From assembly GCA_025057155.1 (NCBI GenBank), contig JANWYD010000016.1, forward strand, positions 54,056-118,055: a DNA stretch of 64,000 bases, given 5' to 3'. The position numbers and the translations under genes are program-made. This DNA is from Chloroflexaceae bacterium. Lineage in GTDB: Bacteria; Chloroflexota; Chloroflexia; Chloroflexales; Chloroflexaceae. Below are positions 56,680 through 64,000 of the stretch, in pieces. How positions within the stretch are numbered: position 1 is the first letter of the stretch; each line of letters opens with the position of its first letter. The notes under the pieces are model-generated. The model did no database searches and was not told where the DNA came from. It worked only from the letters and a program-made list of their open reading frames with translations.

Positions 56680-56725
56680 GGGTGCAACCTTCAAGGTTGC
56701 GGTGCAACCTTGCAAGGTTGCACCC
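56680..56725. promoter_or_regulatory. two tandem copies of a palindromic 17-18-mer (GGTGCAACCTT(G)CAAGGTTGC) between the kinase and regulator genes
   Basis: gggtgcaaccttcaaggttgc ggtgcaaccttgcaaggttgcaccc. The whole 46 nt is itself nearly palindromic. Confidence 0.5.
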
Positions 56726-56745
56726 ACCTCACCTCTGCCAGCCGG

Positions 56746-58074
56746 CTACCCCGGCAGATCCTGAAGCGGGACGACGACCCGCACCTCGGTTCCGCCGCCG
56801 GGGGGGCGGAGAATGGTCAGCGCGCCGCCCAGTTCCTGGACCCGTTCGCGCATATTGCGCAAGCCGAAGTGGGCCGCGGCGCCCTCGGCCGCGGCGGCGC
56901 TCAGGGCCTCGTCGGGAATGCCCACCCCGTCATCGGCGACCACCAGGTGCGCGGCGCCGGCATCGAAGCGCAGGGCAATGGTGATCTGCCGGGCGCGCGC
57001 GTGCTTGTAGGCATTGAACAACGCCTCCTGCGCAATGTAGTACAGCCCGCTGGCAAGCTGGACGCTCACCATAGGCGGTACGTCCGCCGTCTGCAATTGT
57101 ACGCTCAAATTGGTAGTCTTCTCAAAATCAATCGTCAGTTCTCGCAGAGCCGCCACCAGGCTCGACGGCGCGCCATTGGACCCGTTGATCGGTGAGAGCT
57201 GGAAAATCGTCGCGCGCATGCGGGTGACGGCGCTGCGGGCCATCTCCTTGGCATTGCAGATGCGCTCGTAGACCGGCGACTGAGGATCGAGTTGCACCCG
57301 GCACCACTCCAGGTTCATGCCGATGCTGATCAGGTGCTGGGCGACGCTATCGTGCAGGTCGCGGGCGATGCGGGCGCGTTCGCTGTTGAGGATCTCGTTC
57401 TGGCGGGCGGCGGCCAGGCGGTGGCGGGCCTTGGCGAGCTGGCGGTTCTTCTCCTCCAGTTCGGTCTTCTGGCGCAGGGCGTCTTCGTAGAGCGCCAGGG
57501 CCTGCGCGCGCAGACGTTCGCTCTCTTCGTACAGGCGAGCATTCTCCACCGCCACGGCGGCCTGGTTGGCCAGGGTGCGCAATACCGAGAGTTCGCGCTC
57601 GTCCATCGTAAAGCCAGCCTGCAGCGCCACCACCAGTGCGCCGACTACCTGGTCGCTCAGCAGCATCGGCGCGCCGAGGACGCGCGTCCCGGCCCCGGCT
57701 TCACGTATCACCAGGGTTTGCTGGCCCAGCACCTGGGTGATCGCGCCTTCGATCTCAGCCAGATCCGCGACGGCGTTAAGCGGCTCGACGCCGCGGGCAG
57801 TGCGGCGCATCCCCCAGCGGGCGGCCTCCGGCGCATGCAGCACCAGCACAGCCAGGGAAGCGTCGAAGTGCTGCAAGGCCACCTCGACCACCGCCTGGGC
57901 CAGGCACCCGACGCCCCGGGTGGTATTGCACAGGGCGCCGGAGATCATCGCCACCGAGGCGATGGCCCGGTCGAGCCGGCGTTCGTTCTCGCGGTACTCG
58001 CTGTAGTAGGTGCGGCGAGAGGCGCTTACACCGATCAGGCTCTCCAACAGATGCTCGCGCGCGCTGTCTTCCAT
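56746..58074 (-). CDS. cytoplasmic GAF-domain sensor histidine kinase (HisKA_3/NarX-type)
   Basis: There is no TM segment. A GAF-like N-terminal half is followed by the H-box ARDLHDSVAQHL, the N-box EALFNAYKHA and the G-box DDGVGIP...GLRNMRERV. Confidence 0.88.
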   Translation of the reverse strand: MEDSAREHLLESLIGVSASRRTYYSEYRENERRLDRAIASVAMISGALCNTTRGVGCLAQAVVEVALQHFDASLAVLVLHAPEAARWGMRRTARGVEPLNAVADLAEIEGAITQVLGQQTLVIREAGAGTRVLGAPMLLSDQVVGALVVALQAGFTMDERELSVLRTLANQAAVAVENARLYEESERLRAQALALYEDALRQKTELEEKNRQLAKARHRLAAARQNEILNSERARIARDLHDSVAQHLISIGMNLEWCRVQLDPQSPVYERICNAKEMARSAVTRMRATIFQLSPINGSNGAPSSLVAALRELTIDFEKTTNLSVQLQTADVPPMVSVQLASGLYYIAQEALFNAYKHARARQITIALRFDAGAAHLVVADDGVGIPDEALSAAAAEGAAAHFGLRNMRERVQELGGALTILRPPGGGTEVRVVVPLQDLPG

Positions 58075-58083
58075 ACCACGACC

Positions 58084-59232
58084 TCACATTGCCGCGTAGA
58101 ACAACTGCATCACCGCCTCGACGCTCGCCTCGCGCGGGTTGGTGGCCATGCAGGCATCGTGCATGGCATTGGCGCTCAGGGTGGGCAGGTCCTGCTCCCG
58201 CACGCCGAGGTCAGACAGGCGCTTGGTCAGCCCCACATCGGCGATCAGGGCGCGCACGGCCTCGATGGCCATGGCTCCGGCCTCCATCGGCGTCAGGCCC
58301 GCGACGGGCAGCCCCATGGCCTCGGCAATGGTCGCATAACGCTCCGGACAGGCGGGCAGGTTGTACTCCATCACCGTCGGCAGCAGAATGGCGTTCAGTT
58401 CGCCGTGGGGCTGGTCGAGCAACCCGCCGACCTGGTGGGCCATGGCGTGGGTTGCCCCCAGGATGGCGTTGGAGAAGGCCATGCCGGCGTGGAGGCTGCT
58501 GCGGGCCATGATCTCCTTCGCCTCCAGATCGGTCTGGCTGGCGACGGAGCGCCGCAGCCCGGCGACGGCAAGGGAGATGGCACGCAGGGAGTGAACTTCG
58601 GTGAGAAAGGTGGCCGCGAGGGAGACGTAGGACTCGATGCCGTGGGTCAGAGCATCCATGCCGGTGCTGGCGGTAAGCCAGGCATCCTTGGTGGTGAGCA
58701 ACAGCGGGTCAGTGAGCGAGATATCGGGGATGAGCGACTTGCTGATCAGCGTCATCTTGATGCGCCGGCGGGTGTCGGTAATCACCGCGAACTGGGAAAC
58801 ATCGGCCCCGGTGCCAGCGGTGGTGGGAATAGCGACCATCGGCGGCAGCGGCCGGGTGATGCGGTCAATGCCCTCGTAGTCGTGGATGCGACCGCCGTTA
58901 GTGCTGAGCACCGCGATGCCCTTGGCGGCGTCAATGCAACTGCCGCCGCCAAGGGCCACCAGCGCGTCGCAGCGTTGCGCCCGGTAGAAGGCGGCCCCCG
59001 CTTCGACCTCGTGGTCCTTGGGATTGGGAGTCACCCCGGTCCAGATCGCAAAATCAAGGCCCTCTTGCTCGATAACCGGAAGCATCTGTTCGAGCCAGCC
59101 GGCGGCGATGATGCCGGGATCGCTGACCACCAGCACCCGGGTGGCGCCGAGCCGCCGCGCAGCCTTGCCCGCCTGCTCAAGCACGCCGCAACCTACAATA
59201 ATTTCGGGAAGGGTAAACTTGCAAACCTGCAT
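58084..59232 (-). CDS. iron-containing (group III) alcohol dehydrogenase, 1,3-propanediol/lactaldehyde reductase-like
   Basis: GGGSCIDAAKG, PTTAGTGADVS and HGIESY...HAMAHQVGG. Its stop lies 9 nt before the kinase start. Confidence 0.88.
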   Translation of the reverse strand: MQVCKFTLPEIIVGCGVLEQAGKAARRLGATRVLVVSDPGIIAAGWLEQMLPVIEQEGLDFAIWTGVTPNPKDHEVEAGAAFYRAQRCDALVALGGGSCIDAAKGIAVLSTNGGRIHDYEGIDRITRPLPPMVAIPTTAGTGADVSQFAVITDTRRRIKMTLISKSLIPDISLTDPLLLTTKDAWLTASTGMDALTHGIESYVSLAATFLTEVHSLRAISLAVAGLRRSVASQTDLEAKEIMARSSLHAGMAFSNAILGATHAMAHQVGGLLDQPHGELNAILLPTVMEYNLPACPERYATIAEAMGLPVAGLTPMEAGAMAIEAVRALIADVGLTKRLSDLGVREQDLPTLSANAMHDACMATNPREASVEAVMQLFYAAM

Positions 59233-59608
59233 ACAAGCCGTCCTGGCCGGGCGATGTGCCGGGGCGGATCAGCTCCCGTTCGTCACCGGGAGACCTGACC
59301 CTGGGAGTTTCCCCCCAATCGAAAGCGTCCAACACGATCGCGTGCGCGCGACGCCGCGCCTGCTCCCTGAGTTGCCTGGGTTGACCGGGTATAACCTGGA
59401 TTATAGGTTTTTTCCCTTCCCCTGTCTAGTTGGACAGGGGGATATTCTCACCGGTCGTTGAGGAAAGGTTTGCACGGTCAGTGGGTGACAGAGGGGCAGC
59501 GTATCTGCTACAGTCCAGACTACCCAGATCTACCACAAATGCAGCGTGATCCGATGCGGCGCCGGCGGGCGTAGTGTATCGCGTGGCGCACGAGCGAAGG
59601 AGGTTCGT

Positions 59609-59782
59609 ATGGAAGGCTCCCCGACCGCCCTGGAGGAGTTGGAAGCAGGCGCGGAGATCCTGGCGGAGGCTGATGCGGTTGACGGGCTTGAGACGCCCCT
59701 GGCGGACGTGGACGCGCCGGAGATCCTGGCCGAACTGGTGGTCGAAGAAGTGAGCATTGACGGGATGTGTGGCGTGTATTGA
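59609..59782 (+). CDS. mftA: mycofactocin precursor peptide MftA
   Basis: The 57-aa product ends in EEVSIDGMCGVY-stop, the MftA C-terminal signature. SD GAAGGAGG lies 5 nt upstream. Confidence 0.85.
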   Translation: MEGSPTALEELEAGAEILAEADAVDGLETPLADVDAPEILAELVVEEVSIDGMCGVY

Positions 59783-59809
59783 GGCGCGAACGGGTCGTCG
59801 AAAGAATTC

Positions 59810-59828
59810 GGGAGGGCTGCGCCCTCCC
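59810..59828 (+). terminator. family-6 hairpin gggagggctgcgccctccc, 28 nt after the mftA stop (possible attenuator)
   Basis: A 7-8-bp GC stem with no U-tract, lying between mftA and the SDR gene. Confidence 0.35.
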
Positions 59829-59880
59829 AGAAGCATCCTCATCTCATACCGTGCAGCGCAGAAGAAACTGGTGCGATACG

Positions 59881-60699
59881 ATGCAGCGACTCGAAGGTAA
59901 AGTTGCTCTGATCACCGGCGCGGCCCGCGGTCAGGGGCGGGCGCATGCCCTGACCCTGGCCCGCGCAGGGGCCGACATCGCGGCCCTGGACATCTGCCGC
60001 GATCTGCCGTACCCGCGCTACCACCTGGCAACCCCTGAGGATCTGGAGGTGACGGCGGCGGAGGTGCGCGCCCTGGGCCGCCGCTGTCTGAGCCTGATCG
60101 CCGATGTGCGCAGCGCCGCCGAGATGGAGGCGGCGGTGCAACAGACCATTGACGCCTTCGGGCACATTGACATCCTGATCTGCAACGCTGGCGTCGCCGA
60201 TATGGCCATGACCTGGGACATCACCGAGGAGTGGTGGGACATCATGCTCGATGTCAACCTGAAGGGCGCCTGGCTGGCAATCAAGTATGTGGTGCCCCAC
60301 ATGCTGGAGCGCGGGAAGGGCGGGCGCATCGTGATCACCTCGTCGGTGGCGGGGCTGAAGGGGATGGCCGGGCTGGCCCATTACTGCGCGGCGAAGTGGG
60401 GCGTGGTGGGCCTGGCGCGCAGCCTGGCGATAGAAGTGGCCCACGCCGGCATTACGGTTAATACCATTCATCCGACGGGAGTGGATACGCCGCTGATTGC
60501 CGGGATGGCCCGCGCCGCCGGCATGCTCCGCCAGGAACTGGTTGACCAGCTACGCGAGGACAATCTGTTGCCCGTGGCCCTGGTAGACCCGCAGGACATC
60601 GCCAATGCCGCCCTGTGGCTGGTCTCCGACGAGGCGCGCTACGTTACCGGCCTGGAGCTTAAAGTTGACGCGGGCCAGATGATCAAGTGCCCGGCCTAG
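59881..60699 (+). CDS. mycofactocin-coupled SDR family oxidoreductase (carveol dehydrogenase-like subfamily)
   Basis: GKVALITGAARGQGRAHA matches the subfamily N-terminal signature as I recall it. The catalytic motifs are SS...YxxxK (HYCAAK). Confidence 0.8.
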   Translation: MQRLEGKVALITGAARGQGRAHALTLARAGADIAALDICRDLPYPRYHLATPEDLEVTAAEVRALGRRCLSLIADVRSAAEMEAAVQQTIDAFGHIDILICNAGVADMAMTWDITEEWWDIMLDVNLKGAWLAIKYVVPHMLERGKGGRIVITSSVAGLKGMAGLAHYCAAKWGVVGLARSLAIEVAHAGITVNTIHPTGVDTPLIAGMARAAGMLRQELVDQLREDNLLPVALVDPQDIANAALWLVSDEARYVTGLELKVDAGQMIKCPA

Positions 60700-60861
60700 A
60701 GCATTTCTCAGAAAGGTTGATGCAGAGGCGCGACGGTGCAACGTGTTCCTGGTAGTGATGCCAGCCTTTGCGGTATTGCATCCTACCGGTCACGGATGGT
60801 CGGGAAGCCTCTGTTCAGGGCAGGCGAGAAATGCTGTAGCCGGCGAAGAGGCAGGCAGCCG

Positions 60862-61182
60862 ATGGAACTGACCGCGATCTACCGGCTCGCGCCATACGCC
60901 GCCCTGCGGGCCGAGCGCTTCGGCGGGTTGATCTACCGGTATGACAACCGCCGGTTATACTTTCTGCACGCGCCCGAGCTGGTTGGCCTGTTGAACATCC
61001 TGGACGGCAACGTGACCCTGGGCGCGGCGCTCGAGGCGATAGGCGCGCCCGAGCCGGCCCGTGGACGCTACATCCGCGCCCTGGCGCAGCTCGAGAGCCT
61101 GGGCGTGATCGTCAGGATCACAGCGGAGGACTCCCAACCACCTGCTCCGTCCGCCGTTACGGCAAGGAGCGCGCTGGCCTGA
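60862..61182 (+). CDS. mftB: mycofactocin biosynthesis chaperone MftB (PqqD-like RRE)
   Basis: YRLAPYAALRAERFGGLIYRYDNRRLYFLHAPELVGLL matches the MftB pattern. About 106 aa. Confidence 0.7.
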   Translation: MELTAIYRLAPYAALRAERFGGLIYRYDNRRLYFLHAPELVGLLNILDGNVTLGAALEAIGAPEPARGRYIRALAQLESLGVIVRITAEDSQPPAPSAVTARSALA

Positions 61183-61208
61183 TCGCCGCTGAGCGGGAGA
61201 GGGCTGCC

Positions 61209-61877
61209 ATGGAAGACGCCGATCCTCACCAGGCGAACACCCCGACGCGCATCGTCATCGCCGATGACTTTGAACTGGTGCGCATCGGGTTGTGTACGGT
61301 GTTGAAGGCCGAGCCGGATATGAGCGTCGTGGGGGTGGCGAGCGATGGTCAGGAGGTGGTGGACCTGTGCGTCCGGCTGCGACCCGATGTGGCCATCCTT
61401 GATGAACGCATGCCCGTGCTTGGAGGGATCGAAGCAGCGCGGCGGATCAGGCCGCTGGGAACGCGGGTGATCGTCCTTTCGCCCCTCGGCGAGCGGCTGG
61501 ATCAGGCGCGCATGGCCCGCTACGGGCTGGACGGCTGGCTGCTCAAGAACATCAGCCGCGCCGCCCTGGTCGAGGCGGTGCGCCAGGTGCGCCAGGGCCA
61601 GACGTTGATCAGCGCGCCTGATGAGGCGTCGCGCCTCAACCAGATCTACAGCCCCACGCCGCCTGTTCCGGAGACGCTGACCCCGCGCGAACTGGATGTT
61701 CTGCGCCTGCTGGCGCGGGGCAAGACCAACGCTGAGATTGCCAACGATCTGGCCCTCAGTCGCGGCACCGTGAAGGCGTATGTTGAGCAGATAATCGCCA
61801 AATTGCACGTCAGCGGGCGCACCCACGCCGCCGTGCGGGCCGTTGAGATGGGGTTGCTGCGTATGGCCGATGAGTGA
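61209..61877 (+). CDS. NarL/LuxR-family response regulator
   Basis: IVIADDFELVR, VAILDERMP and LTPRELDVLRLLARGKTNAEIANDLALSRGTVKAY. SD is GGGAGAGGG. Confidence 0.9.
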   Translation: MEDADPHQANTPTRIVIADDFELVRIGLCTVLKAEPDMSVVGVASDGQEVVDLCVRLRPDVAILDERMPVLGGIEAARRIRPLGTRVIVLSPLGERLDQARMARYGLDGWLLKNISRAALVEAVRQVRQGQTLISAPDEASRLNQIYSPTPPVPETLTPRELDVLRLLARGKTNAEIANDLALSRGTVKAYVEQIIAKLHVSGRTHAAVRAVEMGLLRMADE

Positions 61878-61879
61878 TG

Positions 61880-61945
61880 CGATTTTGGATTTTGGATTGC
61901 CTTTTATGGCGTCTTGATGAGACGTGAGGATGGGGCGATTCCGGA
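61880..61945 (+). repeat. Family-5 element (octamer end first) starting 3 nt after the regulator stop
   Basis: cgattttggattttggattgcc is the exact reverse complement of 63782-63803, and similarity continues for ~45 nt. Confidence 0.85.
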
Positions 61946-62063
61946 GGGGCGCGCCTTCTCAGCCGCGACCGCTTCCGAAAAGACCGGCGGGGCGCCCTGG
62001 TTTCCGCATATGCTGGAAGCAGTAATTATGACGCGGTGCGAAATAGATTTCGACGTAAAATAC

Positions 62064-62107
62064 CTGCCATATGGCAGTAGGCAAAACTTTTCACTATTAA
62101 CTATACT
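62064..62107 (+). promoter_or_regulatory. 14-bp perfect palindrome (ctgccatatggcag) abutting a candidate promoter (TAGGCA, 18 nt, TATACT)
   Basis: The palindrome is at 62064-62077, the -35-like box at 62078-62083, and the -10-like box at 62102-62107. This is the AT-richest patch of the mno leader. Confidence 0.35.
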
Positions 62108-62383
62108 CTAACCGCCCTGTTAAGCGTTCGCAATTCCACGACCTCGACCTTATAACGCAAGGTTGCGCCACATAGCCGTTGGGGATCGAGTTTCCCAGGG
62201 ATGTGTATTATGCTCTCCCGTCTGGCCAGCGGGAGCTGGTTCGATAACACCCGGCGCCGGGGTTCGGTCTCTCCGTGCGGAGAGACCGGTTCGCAAGCCA
62301 GATCTGGCGAGATCCCGATGAGGGGGTGTCCGGGCGGGCGCCTGGCCTTGCCCACCGCCGCTTGAACAAAGGAGTCAAGACGA

Positions 62384-63655
62384 ATGGAAGCGCACAAGCT
62401 CTGGCAGTTCCCGATTAAGGAGTTCCACCCGTTCCCACGCGCGCTGATCGGTCCGGGGGCTTATGAGATGGTTGGCGTCGAGGCGAAGAAGCTCGGCTTC
62501 AAGCGCACCCTGCTGATGACCTCGGGCATCCGCGGCACCGACCTGGTGGAGGACGTCGCGGGCAAGCTCCGCTACCAGGGCATTGATGTGGTGATCTACG
62601 ATAAGGTCGAGTCGAACCCCAAGGACTATAACTGCATGGAGGCCGCTGACCTCTTCATGCGCGAGAAGTGCGATAGCTTCGTTTCCGTCGGCGGCGGGAG
62701 CGTGACCGACGCGACCAAGGGCGCGCGTCTGGTGGTCGCCCACGATGGGCGTCACATCAATGAGTTCGACGGTTTCAACAAGTCGGACCCCGACCGCCAG
62801 AAGAACCCGCCCCACATCGCCATCAACACCACCGCCGGCACCGGATCGGAGACGAGCTGGGCTTTCGTGATCACCGACACCACCTCCGAGCGCGCCCCGC
62901 GCAAGTGGCTGGGCTTCGACGACAGCTGCATCGTCACCCTGGGGATCAACGACCCTTATGTGTTCAAGACGATGCCGCAGGATCTGACCGCCTTCTGTGG
63001 CTTCGACGTGCTGGCCCACGGCTCGGAGCCGTATGTCTCGCGCCTCGACTTCCCCGCCAGCCTCGGCAGCGCCCTGAAGTGCATCGAGCTGGTGGCCCAG
63101 AATCTGCGCGAAGTGGTCGCCAACCGCAACAACTTCGAGGCCTGGACCAACATGGTCTGGGCGCAGTACATCGGCGCGCAGGCCTTCAATAGCGGCGGCC
63201 TGGGCATCATTCACTCGATCTCCCACGCCGTCAGCGCTTACTACGACACGCACCACGGCCTGAACAATGCCATCGCCCTGCCGCGGGTCTGGGAGTTCAA
63301 CCTGCCGTCGAACTACCGGCGCTACCGCGACATCGCCCGCGCCATGGGCGAGAAGGTGGACGGGCTGAGCGACGTGTCGGCTGCCGAGCGCGCGGTCGAG
63401 GCCGCCATCCGCCTGGCCAAGGACGTGGGCATTCCGCCGAACTTCAAGAGCATCGGCGAGTACAGCAAGTCGCGCCTGGGCAAGGGCATCTACGAGAAGT
63501 GGTGCGGCCCGCGCATCGTCGGCGATGACAACGACGTAGACCGCGTCTCCAAGCACGTTCTCGGCGACGGCTCGACCCCCGGCAACCCGCGCGAAGTGAC
63601 CTACGAGTCAGTCTGGCCGGTAGTGGCCCACGCTATGCGCGAGTCGTACTACTAG
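62384..63655 (+). CDS. mno: NDMA-dependent methanol dehydrogenase-like (Mno/Mdo/ThcE-type) group III alcohol dehydrogenase
   Basis: WQFPIKEFHPFPRALIG, YDKVESNPKDYN, NEFDGF, TTAGTGSETSWA, FDVLAHGSEPYVSRLDF, FNSGGLGIIHSISHAVSA and TPGNPREVT closely track actinobacterial Mno as I remember it. Confidence 0.8.
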   Translation: MEAHKLWQFPIKEFHPFPRALIGPGAYEMVGVEAKKLGFKRTLLMTSGIRGTDLVEDVAGKLRYQGIDVVIYDKVESNPKDYNCMEAADLFMREKCDSFVSVGGGSVTDATKGARLVVAHDGRHINEFDGFNKSDPDRQKNPPHIAINTTAGTGSETSWAFVITDTTSERAPRKWLGFDDSCIVTLGINDPYVFKTMPQDLTAFCGFDVLAHGSEPYVSRLDFPASLGSALKCIELVAQNLREVVANRNNFEAWTNMVWAQYIGAQAFNSGGLGIIHSISHAVSAYYDTHHGLNNAIALPRVWEFNLPSNYRRYRDIARAMGEKVDGLSDVSAAERAVEAAIRLAKDVGIPPNFKSIGEYSKSRLGKGIYEKWCGPRIVGDDNDVDRVSKHVLGDGSTPGNPREVTYESVWPVVAHAMRESYY

Positions 63656-63719
63656 GCGGCATCCTCCGGGGAGCGCGGGAAGGGCCTGGCCCCTCCCGCC
63701 TCCCCTCACCCTGGCATAC

Positions 63720-63803
63720 CAGTTCCTGTTGATAGAGAGTGCATGCCCATTATCGCCAGGTCTCATCGGGACGCCAGATACGGCAATCCAAAATCCAAAA
63801 TCG
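63720..63803 (-). repeat. Family-5 element upstream of the MoxR gene
   Basis: The sequence is cagttcctgttgatagagagtgcatgcccattatcgccaggtctcatcgggacgccagatacggcaatccaaaatccaaaatcg. Confidence 0.85.
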
Positions 63804-63847
63804 TAACAGGTTCCATCGCCGCCCTTCAGCACACGGAGCAGACGCCA

Positions 63848-64000
63848 GTGTTTGAAACCATTGACCAGGTGGTGACCCTCCTGCGCCAGCAGCGCTACAT
63901 CTGCGACCGCAAGCTGGCGACGGTGATCTTCCTCGCCCTCAAGATGAACAAGCCGGTGCTGATCGAGGGGCCGGCGGGAGTCGGTAAGACCGAACTGGCC
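63848..64000 (+). CDS. MoxR-family AAA+ ATPase (N-terminal 51 codons; continues beyond the window)
   Basis: My own translation from the GTG at 63848 gives VFETIDQVVTLLRQQRYICDRKLATVIFLALKMNKPVLIEGPAGVGKTELA. GGAG lies ~9 nt upstream. Confidence 0.75.
   Translation, partial: MFETIDQVVTLLRQQRYICDRKLATVIFLALKMNKPVLIEGPAGVGKTELA

Noticed and set aside
1-64000. tRNA, rRNA, tmRNA, transposase, integrase or phage genes.
   Set aside because: Scanning for T-loop GTTCGAATC/GGTTCRA contexts, rRNA-like conserved blocks and DDE/tyrosine-recombinase motifs in the ORF track found nothing convincing. A proper tRNAscan/Infernal run is still needed.

Overview
The window is visibly GC-rich, roughly two-thirds G+C by eye. 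Coding is dense, the intergenic spacers are full of repeats, and high third-position GC throws up many long spurious antisense ORFs. Protein architectures and repeat style suggest a Chloroflexota-like filamentous bacterium, but that is an unverified inference. I support about 45 genes. Housekeeping genes: uvrA, pgk, ribA, a stand-alone EF-G paralog, a cyclophilin, two YbaK-type deacylases, a cyanobacterial-type phosphoribulokinase and a two-domain PPK2. Transport genes: an NhaP2-type antiporter, a BASS symporter, two MFS transporters and an orphan amino-acid binding lipoprotein. Envelope and secreted proteins: M23 peptidase, a DUF1800/DUF1501 Tat pair, DUF3048, a DPBB protein and a 1158-aa propeller/LamG protein. 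Signalling genes: a Ser/Thr kinase, a GAF histidine kinase and two NarL/LuxR regulators. I saw no tRNA, rRNA, CRISPR array, transposase or integrase. The most coherent system is at the right end (58.0-64.0 kb): a mycofactocin-type redox island with an unusual layout. It reads mftA, then a mycofactocin-type SDR, then mftB, then a LuxR regulator, an Mno-like alcohol dehydrogenase and a MoxR ATPase. A divergent Fe-ADH / GAF-kinase / NarL / DhaM / DoxX operon sits next to it, and mftC-F are not in the window. The second theme is structure in the non-coding DNA, with at least six dispersed repeat families. One is a ~172-bp element with terminal inverted repeats and a central hairpin that differs in sequence between copies while staying paired (7 full copies plus fragments). 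Another is a GATTTTGG octamer element whose inverted copies bracket ribA and the mno-like gene. Others include a (GGAGGYGT)11 array with an inverted arm, a 1.7-kb repeat nest and a ~220-bp AT-rich island. There are also several decayed loci. A CHAT-domain gene carries an in-frame TAG and a frame switch and is flanked by the two most similar copies of the 172-bp element. There is a truncated Uma2 gene, a frameshifted MNT antitoxin, and a BASS gene with a 70-bp duplication that shifts its 3' end out of frame.
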